Below, piece by piece: positions 38,090-52,645 of a DNA stretch of 64,000 nt. This stretch comes from Schmidtea polychroa (taxonomy: Eukaryota). The stretch's first letter is position 1. The number at the start of each line of letters is the position of its first letter. The stretch is from assembly GCA_044892525.1 (NCBI GenBank), contig CM097885.1:52578001-52642000 (forward strand), given 5' to 3'. Below the pieces are notes generated by a model. The model saw only the letters and a program-made list of their open reading frames with translations, was not told the origin of the DNA and searched no databases. Position numbers and translations under genes: made by a program.

Positions 38090-41000
38090 ATGTTGCAAAA
38101 TCTCGTGTATTATTTTTTCGTATTTGTAATTAGCAGTTTCTGGACCATTTTCGTCATTGTAACAGAATTTATATCTATTTTAAGAAATGGATTTGAGTAT
38201 TTTAAACCTCCAAGGTGTATTAATTATCCAAGTTGTGTTAATGATGAAAAATATGGTAAATCTAAATTCATAGACATCCAGGTTAGAATGATAAGAATTT
38301 GAATAATTTTAATAAAATTTAGACATCAAAAGGAGTTGGAATGGAGAAAACAGAACTTAAGTTGCATTATGTAATAAACGGAGAACATAATGAAACAACT
38401 ATGTTATTTTTGCACGGGTTTCCAGAGTTTTGGTTCAGTTGGAGGTATCAAATGTTGGAATTCTGTCCAAATTATCGGTAATTTATTTTTTGCCCTCTTA
38501 TTCTTGCATATAATAATTAAGGGATAGTATGAATATATATTATTGTTGCTAGGAGTTATTGTATTATAATATTTATTTATTTAAGTTCCGTAAGGAAATA
38601 TAACATAACATTTCAATTGGGGTTTCCAATCTGAGTACTTGAATATCCGGCATTTTAATTAGGAGCGCGGGTAGACCTAATCAGGTACCGGGAATTCAAA
38701 ATTATAATATTAAAAAAATAAGTCAAATTAAAATGGATATTATTGGTTTTAGTTTTGTTCCTAGTTCCTAAAATGAGCAAAAGGAAATATGAAGCATGGA
38801 ATCATTTTCAAGAAATAAAAAAGACGAAGAAAAATGCTATGATTGCGAAGCACGACTAAGTTGTAAGAAGGGAAATACTGAGGGTTTAATTAACTCCACG
38901 GTGTTTATATTAATGCAAGGAACTGTTATGAATTGGATTCCGATGGATTTACATTATTAATTACGAATTTCATAAAAATAGAAAGTTTAAATGAAATTTT
39001 TATCAAAATATGCAGTTAAGTATGGATTTCTGTTCAATTTCATTGGGCATACTGATTCAATTGGTATGTTGAATGAGGGTAGATCAGTGGTTCTCAATTA
39101 ATATAAAAGCGCGGAACACCATTCGCATGATTTTTTTTACGCGGAACACTGACAAAAAATATTTGCCCACAATGAGTGACCAATCACAAATTACTATAAA
39201 TCTGTCGTAAACGTAAATAATCCCTTCTTATAAGCAAAGAAAATACCACGCGCAACAATAACAAGCAATAAAAACACTTTTATATTTGAATGTTTATATA
39301 TCTGTGTAACGGCTTTCTTATTGAATCATCTTATAAAAAAATTAATTGAGGTTTTTGATGATTTGTATCTTAAATGCAAATTTAAAGATAAAATATCATT
39401 TTTTTTCTCGGAACACGGGTTGAGAACCATTGGTGTGGAAGATAAAGTATAAATCAACAACTAATTTATTTCAATGCAATTAATTAACAAATATGTGAGG
39501 ATATTTCAACATGATTACATCATGTTTTTGAACTATCCTTACATAGTAAATATTATAAATATGTCAACATGTGATATTAAGGTCAATACCATGTTTGACA
39601 TCGTCTATTACATCCCCCTTATCGATAAGCAGGATTAGTATTTCTAGTTAAACGAACTGGATAACGTCACTTGTGTTTCTTTGTTCGAATACTTGTTTCT
39701 CGAGAGTGAACAGTCTATTATCCGGAATTCTTGTTACTTGGCTGTAGTTTTTTGAATCAGTTTTCTATTATCTCGTAAAGAATAATGCCATTGATTTATC
39801 ACTAATTCTACCTGAAATGGTCCATAGTATTAAATTGTTCATTCTCTCTTTTAATCATTATCATATCTCCGGTTACTGTGAATTCTTGATTTTTCTGAAT
39901 AGCTTGTTTGTTAACTGTTTTCTAATACACAATTCTGGATTTCTTTCATGTCCATTTCCCTCTGTTTTAAGAAAGAACATTCAAGCGATTCGTCGATAAT
40001 TAATTGTGTATCGATCCGTGGTTATCGACCAATGAGAACTTCATATGGTAAAAGTCCTGTTATCTGAATTGTAAATCTGACTTTTTAGGTCTTGACATTT
40101 TGACATTTAGGTCTTTATTCTCAATTTTTGCCCGTAATAAATTCATATTTATTTTTTTGTGGTAATTTGATGCGTTTTTCGATTAGTTGTGTTGTCCTTT
40201 CTGGATCATTTTTGTCTTCGATCTTTCTGAAATAATTCTCCTTTCTCATATCCTGATCATATTCATCCTTAATCGAGGTAATCGGTTGATTTTAGCTTTA
40301 AATATATCATTGTTTCAGAAATAATTTTTGAAGCTAGATTGTTTATGAAAATTTTTAAAATAAATTTTTTATCATCAATTTTCAATTTGTTTGATTCAAT
40401 TTTGATTCTAGTAGCGAATTACACGCTTTTCTCTGAATTTTCTTGTATTATATTCATTAATTTTCGAATTTTCTTAATCTTGCAAGTTTTCTCAGCGCAT
40501 ATTTCTAAAGCTTTATTGAAATAAAATTCCCAATTTCTAGTTTTATCCTCTTCAATACATTCTGTTTCATCGAGTGTCTTTTCACTGAAAGTACTTTTGA
40601 AGAAAACAATTTTCAAATTGTTTCGAAATGTTGATTTTAATATTTTTTTACACAGTAAAATCATTATATATTAAAACATAGCATTAAAAATATCGCGTTT
40701 AACACCAATAAATTCGAATACCATTCATATTTGTATTCCTATTTGCTATTTTGCATTATGCTTTTTTCGTTTTTGCTTTAAAGTTCAATAAAAAAACATT
40801 TATTTAATGAAATTCAATATCTATAAATCGGGATCAAGATTGAAAAAACGGTACGTGATTGGATGTATAATTCTTCAGTATTGTATTATCTTTTTGAGGA
40901 TGAATTAATTTAACAATCTTTGTAATTTTTTATTTTTCGTTTTATTATTTTGTTAATATAAATCATTTAAAATCGTACTAATTTTGTAAATGTCGGATTT

Positions 41001-42523
41001 ATGATTTGTGGCTCCCGTCATTATGAAGTCTGGTCATAATTATGATCATTCATCTTAGTTTGTAAAAGGCTGTATTTATGTTGTTTAAATAATTACAATA
41101 GAAATCGTATAATTAATCCTTATTTATTTCGTATTTTTACTTAACCTTTATAAAGTTCATAAACAAAAAATAATGTATGCAATGGTCTGTAAATAGTATT
41201 TTTATTTATTCAGTGTTATTGCTGTCGACTTGCGTGGATATGGACTGTCGGACAAACCATTAAATGTTGCAGATTATCAAATGAAACACCTTACAAATGA
41301 CATTAAAGGGTTACTAGATGCGTTAAGTGAGTTGTGGTGCTTGAACTTTAGCATAATTATTCAATTAAATGAAATTAGATAAATCGTATGACAAAATATC
41401 AAGAATTTACTTACAAATAAATTTTTGATCTTTTGTCATACAGATAATAAATAAAATAACAAAAAAAACATCACATGTGACAAAAACAAAACATTTAAAT
41501 GATTTCGTAATAAGTGAAATCAGTCATACTGAAATATGTATCCAATGGGATTGAAATATAGTTACATAATAATGTCCTACAGATATCATTAATATTACAA
41601 ACTTTTATTTAACTTTACTTATTGGTTTTATCAATCTATTAATAAGCAAATTGAGTAGATTTGTGCAACACCAATGCTTCCATTTCTATTGTATGATCGA
41701 ATTCCCCATCTCTGTACGAAGTGTATTTAGTGTTTGGGAGATTTTGCTTCACAATACATTTCATTGAATATTACTCCTATTTTCGAGTTGTTTGAATATT
41801 CAATTGCGATGGAGTAGGCCCTGTAATCTAAGCGTAATTGTTGATTTTTCTTGTTATATCCATTGACTGGTCGTTCTACAATTCGACAATGAGTAGACAT
41901 CAGCAGTAGCTTTACAAAATTTATCATTATATTTATGATTAATTTAATTATATTTTTGAATAATTTTATTTATATTATGGATAACTATGTAAATTAGACA
42001 TTTTCAAACGACTAAATGGCATAAAATTATATTAAAATAAATTGTCAGGATATACTAAAAGAGAAAATATATTTTTCTATGTATTATTTGGTTGCTGGAA
42101 AGAGCTCCGACGCGTCTAGCGGTCGAACTTGTTCCGCTACATAACCATCCACCTCTCATTGGCGAATTTGCGTTTCTAGTTGCCGTATCCACACTTTTGG
42201 GGACCTGATCTCCACTTGATCTTGTGTAGCTTGAGCCTGTAGTTGGGTCAACTGTCGCATCCGCTTCCGGATCTCCACCGGCGGAAACCAAGTACTCAAA
42301 CGTATGGCATCGATATTTGAACGCCTCTCGACTAATTGTAACGCTGCCTATCGATCGGAACGCGTGTTCTCCATTAATTGTACCACTGAATAAAATATAG
42401 ATCGTCAACAAGAGAAAACCATGAATTCAAAAAAACATTCCGATCACGACCACGAATACGACCACGACCACGACTACGACCACGACCACGACTACGACCA
42501 CGACCACGACAACGACAACGACA

Positions 42524-42585
<62 letters not shown>

Positions 42586-45500
42586 TACTATTCTATTGTC
42601 ATTTAAAGGGTACAACAAAAAATAATTAATGAAATCACAAAGTACAATAAAATAAATCCCCAAATGGTCTGAAAATTAATATCAATTATTATTTAATGAT
42701 TGTTTACTGCATTTTATATCAGTAGATGAGAAAATACTATGAACGTTTAAGTAAAAATCATTAACCGATTTTTATGAAAATTTCAAAATTAACGCAATTA
42801 AAGTATGCTGATTTGATCTATATTAAAAATAACATGTAAAAATTAATTTTTGAAAAAAAAAGAAGAAAGTCGCTCATACTTGGAATTATTTTAGACTACC
42901 CTTCATTGTTGTTGATTCCCCATTTTCCACATCAACAAAATGATAATAAAAAAACATACTCCGACGTGATAAAAACACATAAGCTATCCAATCACATGTA
43001 TAAATCGAGTTTCGAGTCGCGCGAATCGTGGCATCGGATTTCTCAGCTGGTTGCTAAACCACATTTACGTACTTCAATTTCTCGATTGAAGTATCTAGCA
43101 AGATACCTTTTTTCCAGGTGAAGTCCAATGGCTTCGTGCATTTCATGAACCGTCCGGGACTGAGCTAACCCCGCGTGGTTCAGCACGGGTTCGCTCTTGA
43201 GCATGACCATGGGAATTTTTCTGTCTACTCATCGGTCTTGTCGTTCGTTATTCGTGTTCTCGTTCAGTAGCTTCGACGAGGTAATCGCGGTTCCACGCTT
43301 CTACTTTAACTTGGTGCCAATCCTGTCAATTTACTGCGATCTTTTGTGCACCTCAATGTTCTTGTCTCACCTGAAAAATGCATGTAAATACAAGATTATT
43401 GAAAATCAACTTGAAGTCGTTCATTCACTCTTTCCCAAAACAAGCTGGTTTCGAAAAATGTTCTTCGCTGTTGTTTTTAATTAAAAATGACTTGGTTTTT
43501 CTTTAATTTAGGCTATTCTGAGCACCACAATAAAATAGAAGGAAAATTACAAAAGTAAGTTTAAAAAATTACTAAAAATCTTTGTATCATTCGCCTACCT
43601 TTGTTAGGGCGCGGATTGTAGTTACCAAAGACCCTTGACATGTTTTCATCTTCATTGTGTAAGATAACCTTATAAAATGACCTTAAAATGTGTTCATAAA
43701 ATAGTAATTGTGAAGTCCATGCAGTTTAATTTTGATTAATCTATTATTTATATCATTTGAATAAAATAATCTGGTTTTAACCTTTTGTCTCTAAACATTT
43801 GATATAATCAGAAAGAAATCTGTCTTATTACAACAGCAAAATATCATATCATTGCAAATTTATTTGATATTTATATATAATTATCCTAAAATTTAACAAT
43901 TTTTAATTAATCCATGAATATTTATGCCAGATATTCGATCTGTTATTTTGCTTGCTCATGATTGGGGAGGAGCTCTGGGTTGGGCGTTTGAAAAGGAATT
44001 TCCGGAAATGGTGGACAAGTATATTTCATTAAATATAGCCGAACCGGAAGCTTTTAGAATGGTTCTTCGTAAAAACTTTAAACAAATTTTGAAATCTTGG
44101 TAATTTTTTTTTGGATTTACCAAATAAATTAAAATTGCCAACGTTAGGTACATATTTTTCTTTCAATGTCCATTTTTACCTGAATGGAAATTGAGTCGTT
44201 TTGATATGAGTTTTATTTCAATTGCCTTTAATTCTAATAAAGTTGGTCTGCAGAAATTGAAATTGACAGTTGAGGAAGTTGAGGCGTTTAAAGCAAATAT
44301 CAATGAAAAAGGTTTATAGAAAAAATATTTTAATTTAATATTGTAATTAATTTTTAATTATTTTGTAAATGTAAAGTAATTTGTACAATTATTTTAAGCA
44401 TTTTTTGTTTGAGATCATTGTTTGAGAAAATCTGGTTGTGATTTTGTTGAGGTGTGTGAGTTTGATGAGTTAAATAAATTAAATAGTGGGAGTAAGGATA
44501 ATGAGCCTAAATTTGTGTTGGTATTGCCGTACTCAGAAGGTTTTAAGGATTATAAAGGGAAGATAAAAAAGCAGTTACGGAATTTAAACTATAGGATAGT
44601 GTCAATTTCATGGAAAGTACACAATATGTTTATTAATAAGTCAAAACCCACGGTTGAATTGTGTTATGATTTCGTTTATCAGTTTACATGTAATGGGTGT
44701 AATGCCACATACAGTGGAGAGACTTCCCGTCATCTCTGTATTCGAGCTCGAGGACATTATAGATCGAAAGCATTGACCAATGTTAGTAAGCACAATAAGG
44801 ACTGTAAGAGTAAAAAAGGTATGTCTGATTTTAAAATATTATTAAAAAATTTCGATAATTATTGGGAACGTGTGATTTGTGAGCCATTATTGATAAAGTC
44901 ATTGAATCCAAAAATAAATGTGCAGAATGCAGTGAATACTTGCGTTTTAAATGTTTTTAAATAATTTTTTGTATATTGTATGTATTGATTGTTGTTTGTT
45001 AAATTAATAAATTACTAAATTGAATTTCAATATTTTAAAATTAAAAAAATATATATTATTTGAATTAAAAGTTTTAAAAGAATGAAATTTGTTTATTAAA
45101 AAATTTTTTTATTTCATTAATAAATTTGTTTAAAATTCCTTAATTTCTATATTTAATATATCCTACCTCATGATGTTAGGAAAATTGTCGAATGTTTGAT
45201 TGGCGCTTTCTTATAATTTTTTAATAATTTAAAGAATTGAGTTGATCACTGAAAATTTGAATATTTTTTATCTATCACTTTTATCATTTTTATTTATCAT
45301 TATTTTAAATATTTCCCGCTCAAATTGAGGTATTGATTATAGAAAATGAATAAAAATAATACTCCCCTGTCCAAAAATGGTAGTCCAGTTGCATTTTAGC
45401 TTTCTTCCCAAAATGATTGTCAATAGAGAATATAAAATATTGAACGGTTTTGTAAAACCTTTTACAGTAAAAATACATTAAATAATTTTATTTTATTGAT

Positions 45501-46072
45501 TGAACAAATAACAAAACTGCATTTTAAGCAATTGAGTGGTTGCAAAGAAATTACGATTTAAAGTCAAACTGGACCATCATTTTTGGACAGAGGGAGTATT
45601 TATTTGAAAATGACATTCAGACATATGTTTATCATATCTGAATTTTTTCGTGATTTGTACTGGCTAATTTAATTATATAATTTGCCTATAAACGTATGAA
45701 ATTTTTTATATTATTCTGATTATATAACAATAACAATAAAGTGATAATATAAGCCTTTTGCTGCGAATAATGTATTTAATGAAAACGTTTTCAACTAAGA
45801 TAAGGACTATAGTCGAAAATATTTTCATTAAATACATTATTTGCAGGAAAAGGCTTATATTATCATTTTGTTGTTTTTAATAATAAATGCTGCTACCAAG
45901 AAATAATCACTTTATACTATATAACAATAATAATGATAATAATCATATTCAAGGATAAATTTTTTGGTTTAATTTGAAGCAAATAATTTTTTTGCTTTTT
46001 AATGATATCTTCTTTTACTATAAAATCTTTATTTAATAAATATTATAGGTATATTATAATGTCTTGCACAAT

Positions 46073-46152
<80 letters not shown>

Positions 46153-46793
46153 TTATTGTGTGTGTGTGTGTGTCAGCAGTTCTTCTAATTTTATTTTATT
46201 TTTGGACATTTTTTAAAAAAGATTAAACAAAAATTTAAAACACTAAACGTTAGATAAAATGCATGGATATTTAGGTGTTTTATACTATTCATATGTCACT
46301 CATTAAAAATAATTATATTTATAAAAATAACATTACAAATTTATGTTTATGAAAACGTCTGACAGCGTGCATACTTCGCAGGTATTGTACATATGACAGT
46401 GACTTCCGTTATAATAAACTCAAGCTCTATTAATGTGTTTCAGTATCTTTTCCACGGAATATTAGTTGTTATATGATTTTAAAAAGTTGAATTTTAAGTT
46501 TATTTTTGAATATCTTTTTTAAAGGATGCTTAACAGCAGCTATAAATTATTATCGGGCTGTTCTACGATTTCCAAAAATTTCAAAAATCACTGAAAGAAA
46601 AAAAGATAGAAATAGATACATGTTGATATTTGGAGAAGATGATAAATTTATAGATAAAGATTGTGCTCTGTTGACAAAAGAACTAGTTCCAAGTTTAGAT
46701 TTACAATTTCTTCCTGGTTTAAGTCATTGGGTTCAACAAGATGATCCGGTTCTTGTGAATGGGTTAATAAGAAAATTTATCGAAACTAATTAG
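38090..46793 (+). CDS. Epoxide hydrolase 3/4-like alpha/beta hydrolase. Exons 38090-38281, 38323-38477, 41214-41326, 43931-44099, 44148-44311, 46525-46793
   Basis: GT-AG exons join in frame: N-terminal anchor, HGFPEFWFSWRYQM, DLRGYGLSDKP, AHDWGG nucleophile, SWYIFFFQ, INYYRA, GEDD, SHWVQQD. Confidence 0.9.
39085..39432. mobile_element. hAT (Charlie/Buster-type) MITE
   Basis: TIRs CAGTGGTTCTCAA / TTGAGAACCATTG; internal CGGAACAC repeats. Confidence 0.7.
39434..40100 (-). mobile_element. Gypsy-type remnant (integrase tail, PPT, short 3' LTR)
   Basis: Minus strand TGLLPYEVLIGR*PR; polypurine AAGGGGGA immediately before TGTAAT at 39612. Confidence 0.45.
42445..42590. repeat. Compound (ACGACC)n/(ACT)n microsatellite
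   Basis: Direct reading. Confidence 0.9.
44422..44964 (+). mobile_element. Penelope-like element 3' fragment (GIY-YIG endonuclease), intronic
   Basis: VLPY..VYQFTCNGCNATYSGETSRHLCIRARGH..LLIKSLNPKIN. Confidence 0.85.
45362..45596. mobile_element. Tc1/mariner-type (Stowaway-like) MITE
   Basis: TA|CTCCCCTGTCCAAAAATGGTAGTCCAGTT ... AACTGGACCATCATTTTTGGACAGAGGGAG|TA. Confidence 0.8.
45738..45869. repeat. ~130-bp imperfect palindrome
   Basis: TGATAATATAAGCCTTTT..AATAATGTATTTAATGAAAA / TTTTCATTAAATACATTATT..AAAAGGCTTATATTATCA. Confidence 0.8.
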
Positions 46794-47120
46794 CTGTTCT
46801 CCAGGATGCTACTGATTTCATTATGTTTTAAATTAGCTTTGATATCTTTATTTGCAACCAAATTGTTTGTTTTTTTCAAAATATATTTCAGTCTATTTTA
46901 TTTATTTTTAATATAATAACCGAGAATGTAATAGTAATATTTTGTAAAACTATATTAATAATAATTTCACCACAGAGAAAATTATATTCATGTATATTGA
47001 AACAAATAAATATTAAAAATGTGTGTTATTTGGAAAATTATTTTTTATCTAATTTATCAATTTTTTTGTAGTAGGAAAGGGGTGATTTTTCTGATGATTT
47101 TAGCATAAAGAATTGTGATA

Positions 47121-47954
47121 TTAATCGTACCGAGTCACATACCCTTCTGATATCTTTTGCAAAACTTGATTTACTTCACAATAGATTTTATGAATTTTTT
47201 TCGATAGTTTGAATGACTTCAAGTCCAAAAGAGAGGTTTGAGAAACATTGTCGTTCTCTTGAGATTCACACATAGTCAGAATGTACATTTGTGTTGCACT
47301 TAACCATTCATCAAGCAACTTGATTTTGTTGAAATTTGAGTTGACTAGCTTCCAGTCTGCTTCAATTTTCTTCATCCGATTCGGACATGGAGTATTTCCA
47401 ATATTTTTATTGATGGAGGTCATCATAGTCGAGTAATGTTTGAGAAGCAAATTGATAAATATGAGATCATTTTGAAATTGAATACTTTTTTTATAATGAT
47501 CTTTAGTCGAACTACGAAGACGTTTAAAGAAATAATTTTTAATGGAACTCACGAAACCTTTCAAAAATCCAGAAACGTGATTTTTGCCCTTTAGGTATAA
47601 TTTTAAACTTAACCGGAAATCTATAATCAGGTCTTTCATGTTAGAAAGTTTATCATCTATGACACAATTGCACCTATAAATGATTTCCTCAGACATTTCT
47701 GGCCAGATATAGCTGAAACCATTGTCGACCATGTCAAAACGAACCAAATCCATTGTTTTAGTTAATATTGGTACGTTATTTATATCGCAAATAAGAATTT
47801 CTTTCGTAATATCTTTATCAAATGGACAAAGATCATTGTTATTGAAGAACTCTTGGAAGCAATGGCAACAGAAAACATGATTACATTGGACAAGTCTCAA
47901 TAGAAAATGTGTAGTTTTCTTATTACAAGTAGAATTCTGACATATTTTATTCAT
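47121..47954 (-). CDS. Intronless RING-finger protein (277 aa)
   Basis: CQNSTC..CNHVFCCHC..CPFD, a C3HC4-like RING. Confidence 0.7.
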   Translation of the reverse strand: MNKICQNSTCNKKTTHFLLRLVQCNHVFCCHCFQEFFNNNDLCPFDKDITKEILICDINNVPILTKTMDLVRFDMVDNGFSYIWPEMSEEIIYRCNCVIDDKLSNMKDLIIDFRLSLKLYLKGKNHVSGFLKGFVSSIKNYFFKRLRSSTKDHYKKSIQFQNDLIFINLLLKHYSTMMTSINKNIGNTPCPNRMKKIEADWKLVNSNFNKIKLLDEWLSATQMYILTMCESQENDNVSQTSLLDLKSFKLSKKIHKIYCEVNQVLQKISEGYVTRYD

Positions 47955-49379
47955 TATATTAAGTTAGAATGGTTTTATGAGGTCGAAGTTTTGATTTTAT
48001 AATGGAATATTACTTAACTGTTCGACTTTCTACGGAATGTTTAATGGAGGAATCTTTCATTCTCTGATTAATACGGAAATCTTTGAGTTGAAGCCCCTCA
48101 TTCGATTTCCATGCAACAATTTTGCAAATTTTAATTCAATTCTCTCTTTGCAACATAAACAAAATCTAAAAATTCCTATGCAAACCTTTGAATCGTCGTG
48201 GTCAGCGAAAATTATTAGTGTTTGATAGTACAAATAATAAGAAATAACAGTGAAAAAATGGAATTTTGTTTTAACAATTGATAGATATTATTCCTTAAGA
48301 AGTTAGACAATTTAGTATATCCGTTAGTGCAATCAAATATCCCATTACAATTAAATTAAACTAGGAATTTCACAGTCAAAATAAATACTGTGGTACATAT
48401 TTTCAGTTTAATAAAGGACACGCAATGTCAGATTGTGAATCATTTTCCTACGGAGATCATTTTTATAACCCTACACATTCGAATTTAAGAAATTCATTTT
48501 GGAAATCAATTTCTTTATCAATGAATTTGTATTTATTCGTTTTCTGTTTTTCCCAGTTTCTAAAAAAAAGTTCTTGTGATGAATATAGAAACTCTAAATT
48601 CGTATTTGGTAATATGTGCAAAATCTCTGAGTTCCAAATGTTGATGTAATACATCTGATAAATTGTTCTTTCTGAATGGTTCCAAATTAATTTGGATATG
48701 GTGAACACTAATAAAATGTTCTATCAAAGTTTTAAGTAAATGTAATTAGGTTATATTCACAATATCACCAATTTTGCTTTCATTTTCCATTTCGTGTTCA
48801 AAGATTTCATAGAAAGTTGAATTTATACTACGAGCACAGAATTTGCTACAAAAATACTTAATGAATATTGTGAATCAGAAAAGGTTCTTTAGAATAAATT
48901 AATTAATTTTTTTTATTTTAAATAATCAAATATTTGAAAATTTAGAAATTATAATTTTCATAGTTTTGTTAAGTATAAAAATAAAAATAAAAATAATCAT
49001 TAAAGGTGTAAAATGATTGAGGAAATCTATTATGAATGAATGGAATATTGTTCTGGAACTCGGTAAAACAAAGGTGGATGAGAGATGTTTAAAAATCAGA
49101 AAGGAACAGAAAGAAATCAATTGAAACAGACAATTGAATAAAAGAAGGTTTTTCTTAATTAAAAATTACATGTTCAGAAGAAGCGAAACAGAAAGTAAAA
49201 CAAAATTTTTATTAGCTTGTTATTTCGATTGCCTACTTGAGAGAGAGAGAGCGGAAAAGGCATGGAAATCCAAGAAACAGGATTGTAAAAAAACCTATAT
49301 ATAAACCCCCCCCCCCCCCCAAGCAGTCTCTGACTACCAATTCGAGCACAAATATGACATCGACATTGAACAAACCCCA

Positions 49380-49740
49380 ATGGGAATAAACACTACCCTT
49401 ATTCCTGACCTTCTAATCAAAACTCCCAGAACCAAACTAATACACATATTAGATATAAAGGTACCTTACGAATCTAGGGCGAGTTTCGACAATGCTAGAA
49501 AATTTGAAAAATATAAAAATCTTACAATTGATATAGGACATGCACACAGCTACAAAACCTCTGTCTTAACTCTCGTCATAGGCACACTTGACTCGTGGGT
49601 CAGAAACAATGACAAAGATCTTAGAATAATTGGACTCAATAAGTCTGAAATCAAATATCTAGCAAAATAGCATGCACTACAGCAATAAATAGCAGTTATC
49701 ACATTTATAGAGAGCATATATACAAGGATTAACCCCAAAC
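49380..49740 (+). mobile_element. 3' fragment of an R2/NeSL-type element (REL domain)
   Basis: PDLLIK..LDIKVPYE..KYK..LVIGTLDSW; related to 36600-36960. Confidence 0.75.
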
Positions 49741-49877
49741 ATCCTTAACTATTATATATGATATTAGTATCCCAAAGCATTACCTTATTTATCGGTCAAC
49801 TATCTACTATTATAATCATTCAAAACTGTTAAATATATATGCGTGTATGTTTGTGATTATATGTATACAATAAAAAC

Positions 49878-50108
<231 letters not shown>

Positions 50109-51036
50109 TGTTGGGCTAGAACTGATTTCTAAACCCAAAGTTAGGAACGGGACGAAATGTGTCAGTTCACAACACGCATACCCAGCATTAGTTTACTTAA
50201 ATAAAAATATATAAAACACCAAGTAAACAATGATAATAGAGAGATAATATACCCAAAAATAAAACATCTGAATTAAAAATAAAATAAAACACGAGCAAGA
50301 AGTATTACACGATAACTTACTCAAATATAACCGAAAGACATAAATTAACAAAAACAAATTCGAATAAAGGCGATTAAAAAAGAAACATTAAAAAATAAAA
50401 TTAAAGAAAATCTCCATAAAATCTTACGTAAAGAAAATTATATCAAAATTTTGAATAATAATCCAGAACAATTCATAAAAATGGCGAAATCCATCATGAC
50501 CGCAAACGACCCAATATAATTTATAAAAAATAAATATTTTAGTTTTAAATATAAAAGTTTTAGAAAAGAAATCATAAAAAACAATTTAAAAATAAGAAAT
50601 AGATTAAATTTAGCATGGAATGTTCTGGAAATGCTGAAATCCATGATGGAGGCAAATTTAATAAAAAATATTTCAAAAATAAAATTTTAGAAATAAAAAC
50701 AAAAATTCTTACTGAAAAATCACCATCAAAATCGATAAAAATTAAAAATCGAATGTTCGAGAATTAAAATAATCCGAATTTGTTTTACTGCATTAACGCA
50801 CGCATGCATACTTTCACACCAAACAGAGGCTATATAAACTAATACATTTCGTCCCTTTTCAGTGCTTACTCTTATGCCAAAATTTTGATCTTGATTTTTT
50901 TGAGATTGTAAGTAAGGGATTTTCATTAATATATGAGTTATCATGTTTACAGATGATTTTTTTATTTTTTATATTCAAATCTTTATCAATAATTTAGAGG
51001 GATTGACTGAGATCCCCGTTATTGACAATTTCAACA
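50109..51036 (+). mobile_element. LTR-like sequence
   Basis: Begins TGTTGGGCT like the other LTRs, with an A-rich U3 and GGCTATATAAA. The CAACA end at 51036 is tentative and no TSD is seen. Confidence 0.4.
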
Positions 51037-51464
51037 CGAGATCCCAACCAATCCAGCATCTATGCTAGTGTATGATGTCCACAACCTGCAAATGCAAGAA
51101 TTAAAATGATTTACCAACCCGGAGTGGTGGTGTATACGGTGTAGTAGTAGTAGGATGTGTCACCTCCAGGACAAGTCAAGGTCATTTTTTTTAAAGGTCA
51201 AGGTCAAATTTTTTAAGGTCAAGGTCAATTTTTTTTTAAGGTCAAGGTCAATTTTTTCCCCCTCGAATACATCAACTCAAATTTAACAAGGTTAGTCACA
51301 CAAATCGAATTCTGAAATCAAACAAATGCATTTAATAAAAATTAAAATCATCGACATACACAACCGCCGTTCGCCCGCCCACCGCCCGCCCCGAAGGGGC
51401 TGGCGCGGTAGTTTGTAAATTTGGTTTAGTTTGAATATTATTATTATTTGAAACATAGTTTAAA

Positions 51465-51611
51465 ACATGATATTATTACCTGTATTTCCGTTCACTATTC
51501 AAAACAATTCAACACATGATATTATTACCTGTATTTCCGTTCACTATACAAAACAATTCAACACATGATATTATTACCTGTATTTCCGTTTACTATACAA
51601 CACAATTCAAC
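51465..51611 (+). repeat. 49-bp tandem repeat x3
   Basis: ACATGATATTATTACCTGTATTTCCGTTCACTATACAAAACAATTCAAC. Confidence 0.9.
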
Positions 51612-52129
51612 AAAAAATAAATATTTGAAATAAAAGTTGAGAATGAAGGTTAAAAATCATTAAACAAGGTTAAATGAATTTCTACATCTAAGCTCTAATT
51701 TGTCTGCGGTAGAAAAATATGGAAAGTAATTATTTTGTAAATACCAACTTAGGAAAATTAAAAGAAACCGAAATAAAAATGCATTATTCAAAACGATAAA
51801 ATAGAAAATAATTATTTTCTGTATTTTTATTCCCATCTTTTCACTTTAACACGATTGCAGATCTGATATGGCGAGGGTCATTGATGACTACCTACAATCT
51901 TGGCCATCGATGGACATCTATTTAACTTTTGGTGGCCAACTGTAAACGGGTTCTTATTTTTAAAAATTTTTTTTAAAAAATGCTCTAAAAATAAAATATT
52001 TTATTCTCATACAAATAAATTCATTATTTTAAAAGAATTTTTGTCAAATATCAATAAATTAAAGATAAAATATAATTTCTCGTAATTTTATTTGAATAAT
52101 AATCAAAAGATCCAAAAAGTGAAAAATTG

Positions 52130-52645
52130 CTAATGATGCAAAGGTGGCACAATAATGACTGGCTTATCGGCATGATGAAGAACGTAATCACTTACACTGC
52201 CCAGAAATGTTCGCCTTAATAAACCTTCCCCTCGATTTGCCATTAGTATGACATCAGCCCGATGGTCGTGACAGACAGAGATTATGCATTCTCCAACTCT
52301 TGAATCCACCCGGATGAAGCCTTTGAATTTCCAACCCTTTTCAGTTAATTTATGTATATAATCTATCACTAACGCTTTGCCTTTGTCAATTTGCTTTTGA
52401 ATTTTCGCATCCAACTCTTCCATCGGCAGCCAGCCAGCCTCCATTCCGATTCCTACAGCAATCGTGTTATGTATGGGCTCAACTATGTGAATCAAATGAA
52501 CGACATCATATTTTCTCATCATATTGTTTGAATACTAGTCCAATGCTCATCGGCTGACTTCACTTTTGTCGATCGGAATGATTATTATTCTTTCTTATTC
52601 ATTCTTCATTTCCACCGAGGTTTTTGATCGTTCCGAATCGGTCAT
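52130..52645 (-). pseudogene. Universal stress protein (USP) pseudogene, intronless
   Basis: RIIIIPIDKSE..HLIHIVE..ILMANRGEGLLRRTFLGSVSDYVLHHADKPVIIVP. Three in-frame stops (TAA, TGA, TAG) lie between ATG 52645 and 52522. Confidence 0.85.

Noticed and set aside
42055..43640. GC-richer intronic blocks as an antisense gene or ribozyme
   Set aside because: No consistent frame, recognisable domain or complete ribozyme fold; probably an unclassified repeat.
52522..52645. Alternative genetic code or readthrough in USP
   Set aside because: All three stop types occur and other genes terminate normally; pseudogenisation is simpler.
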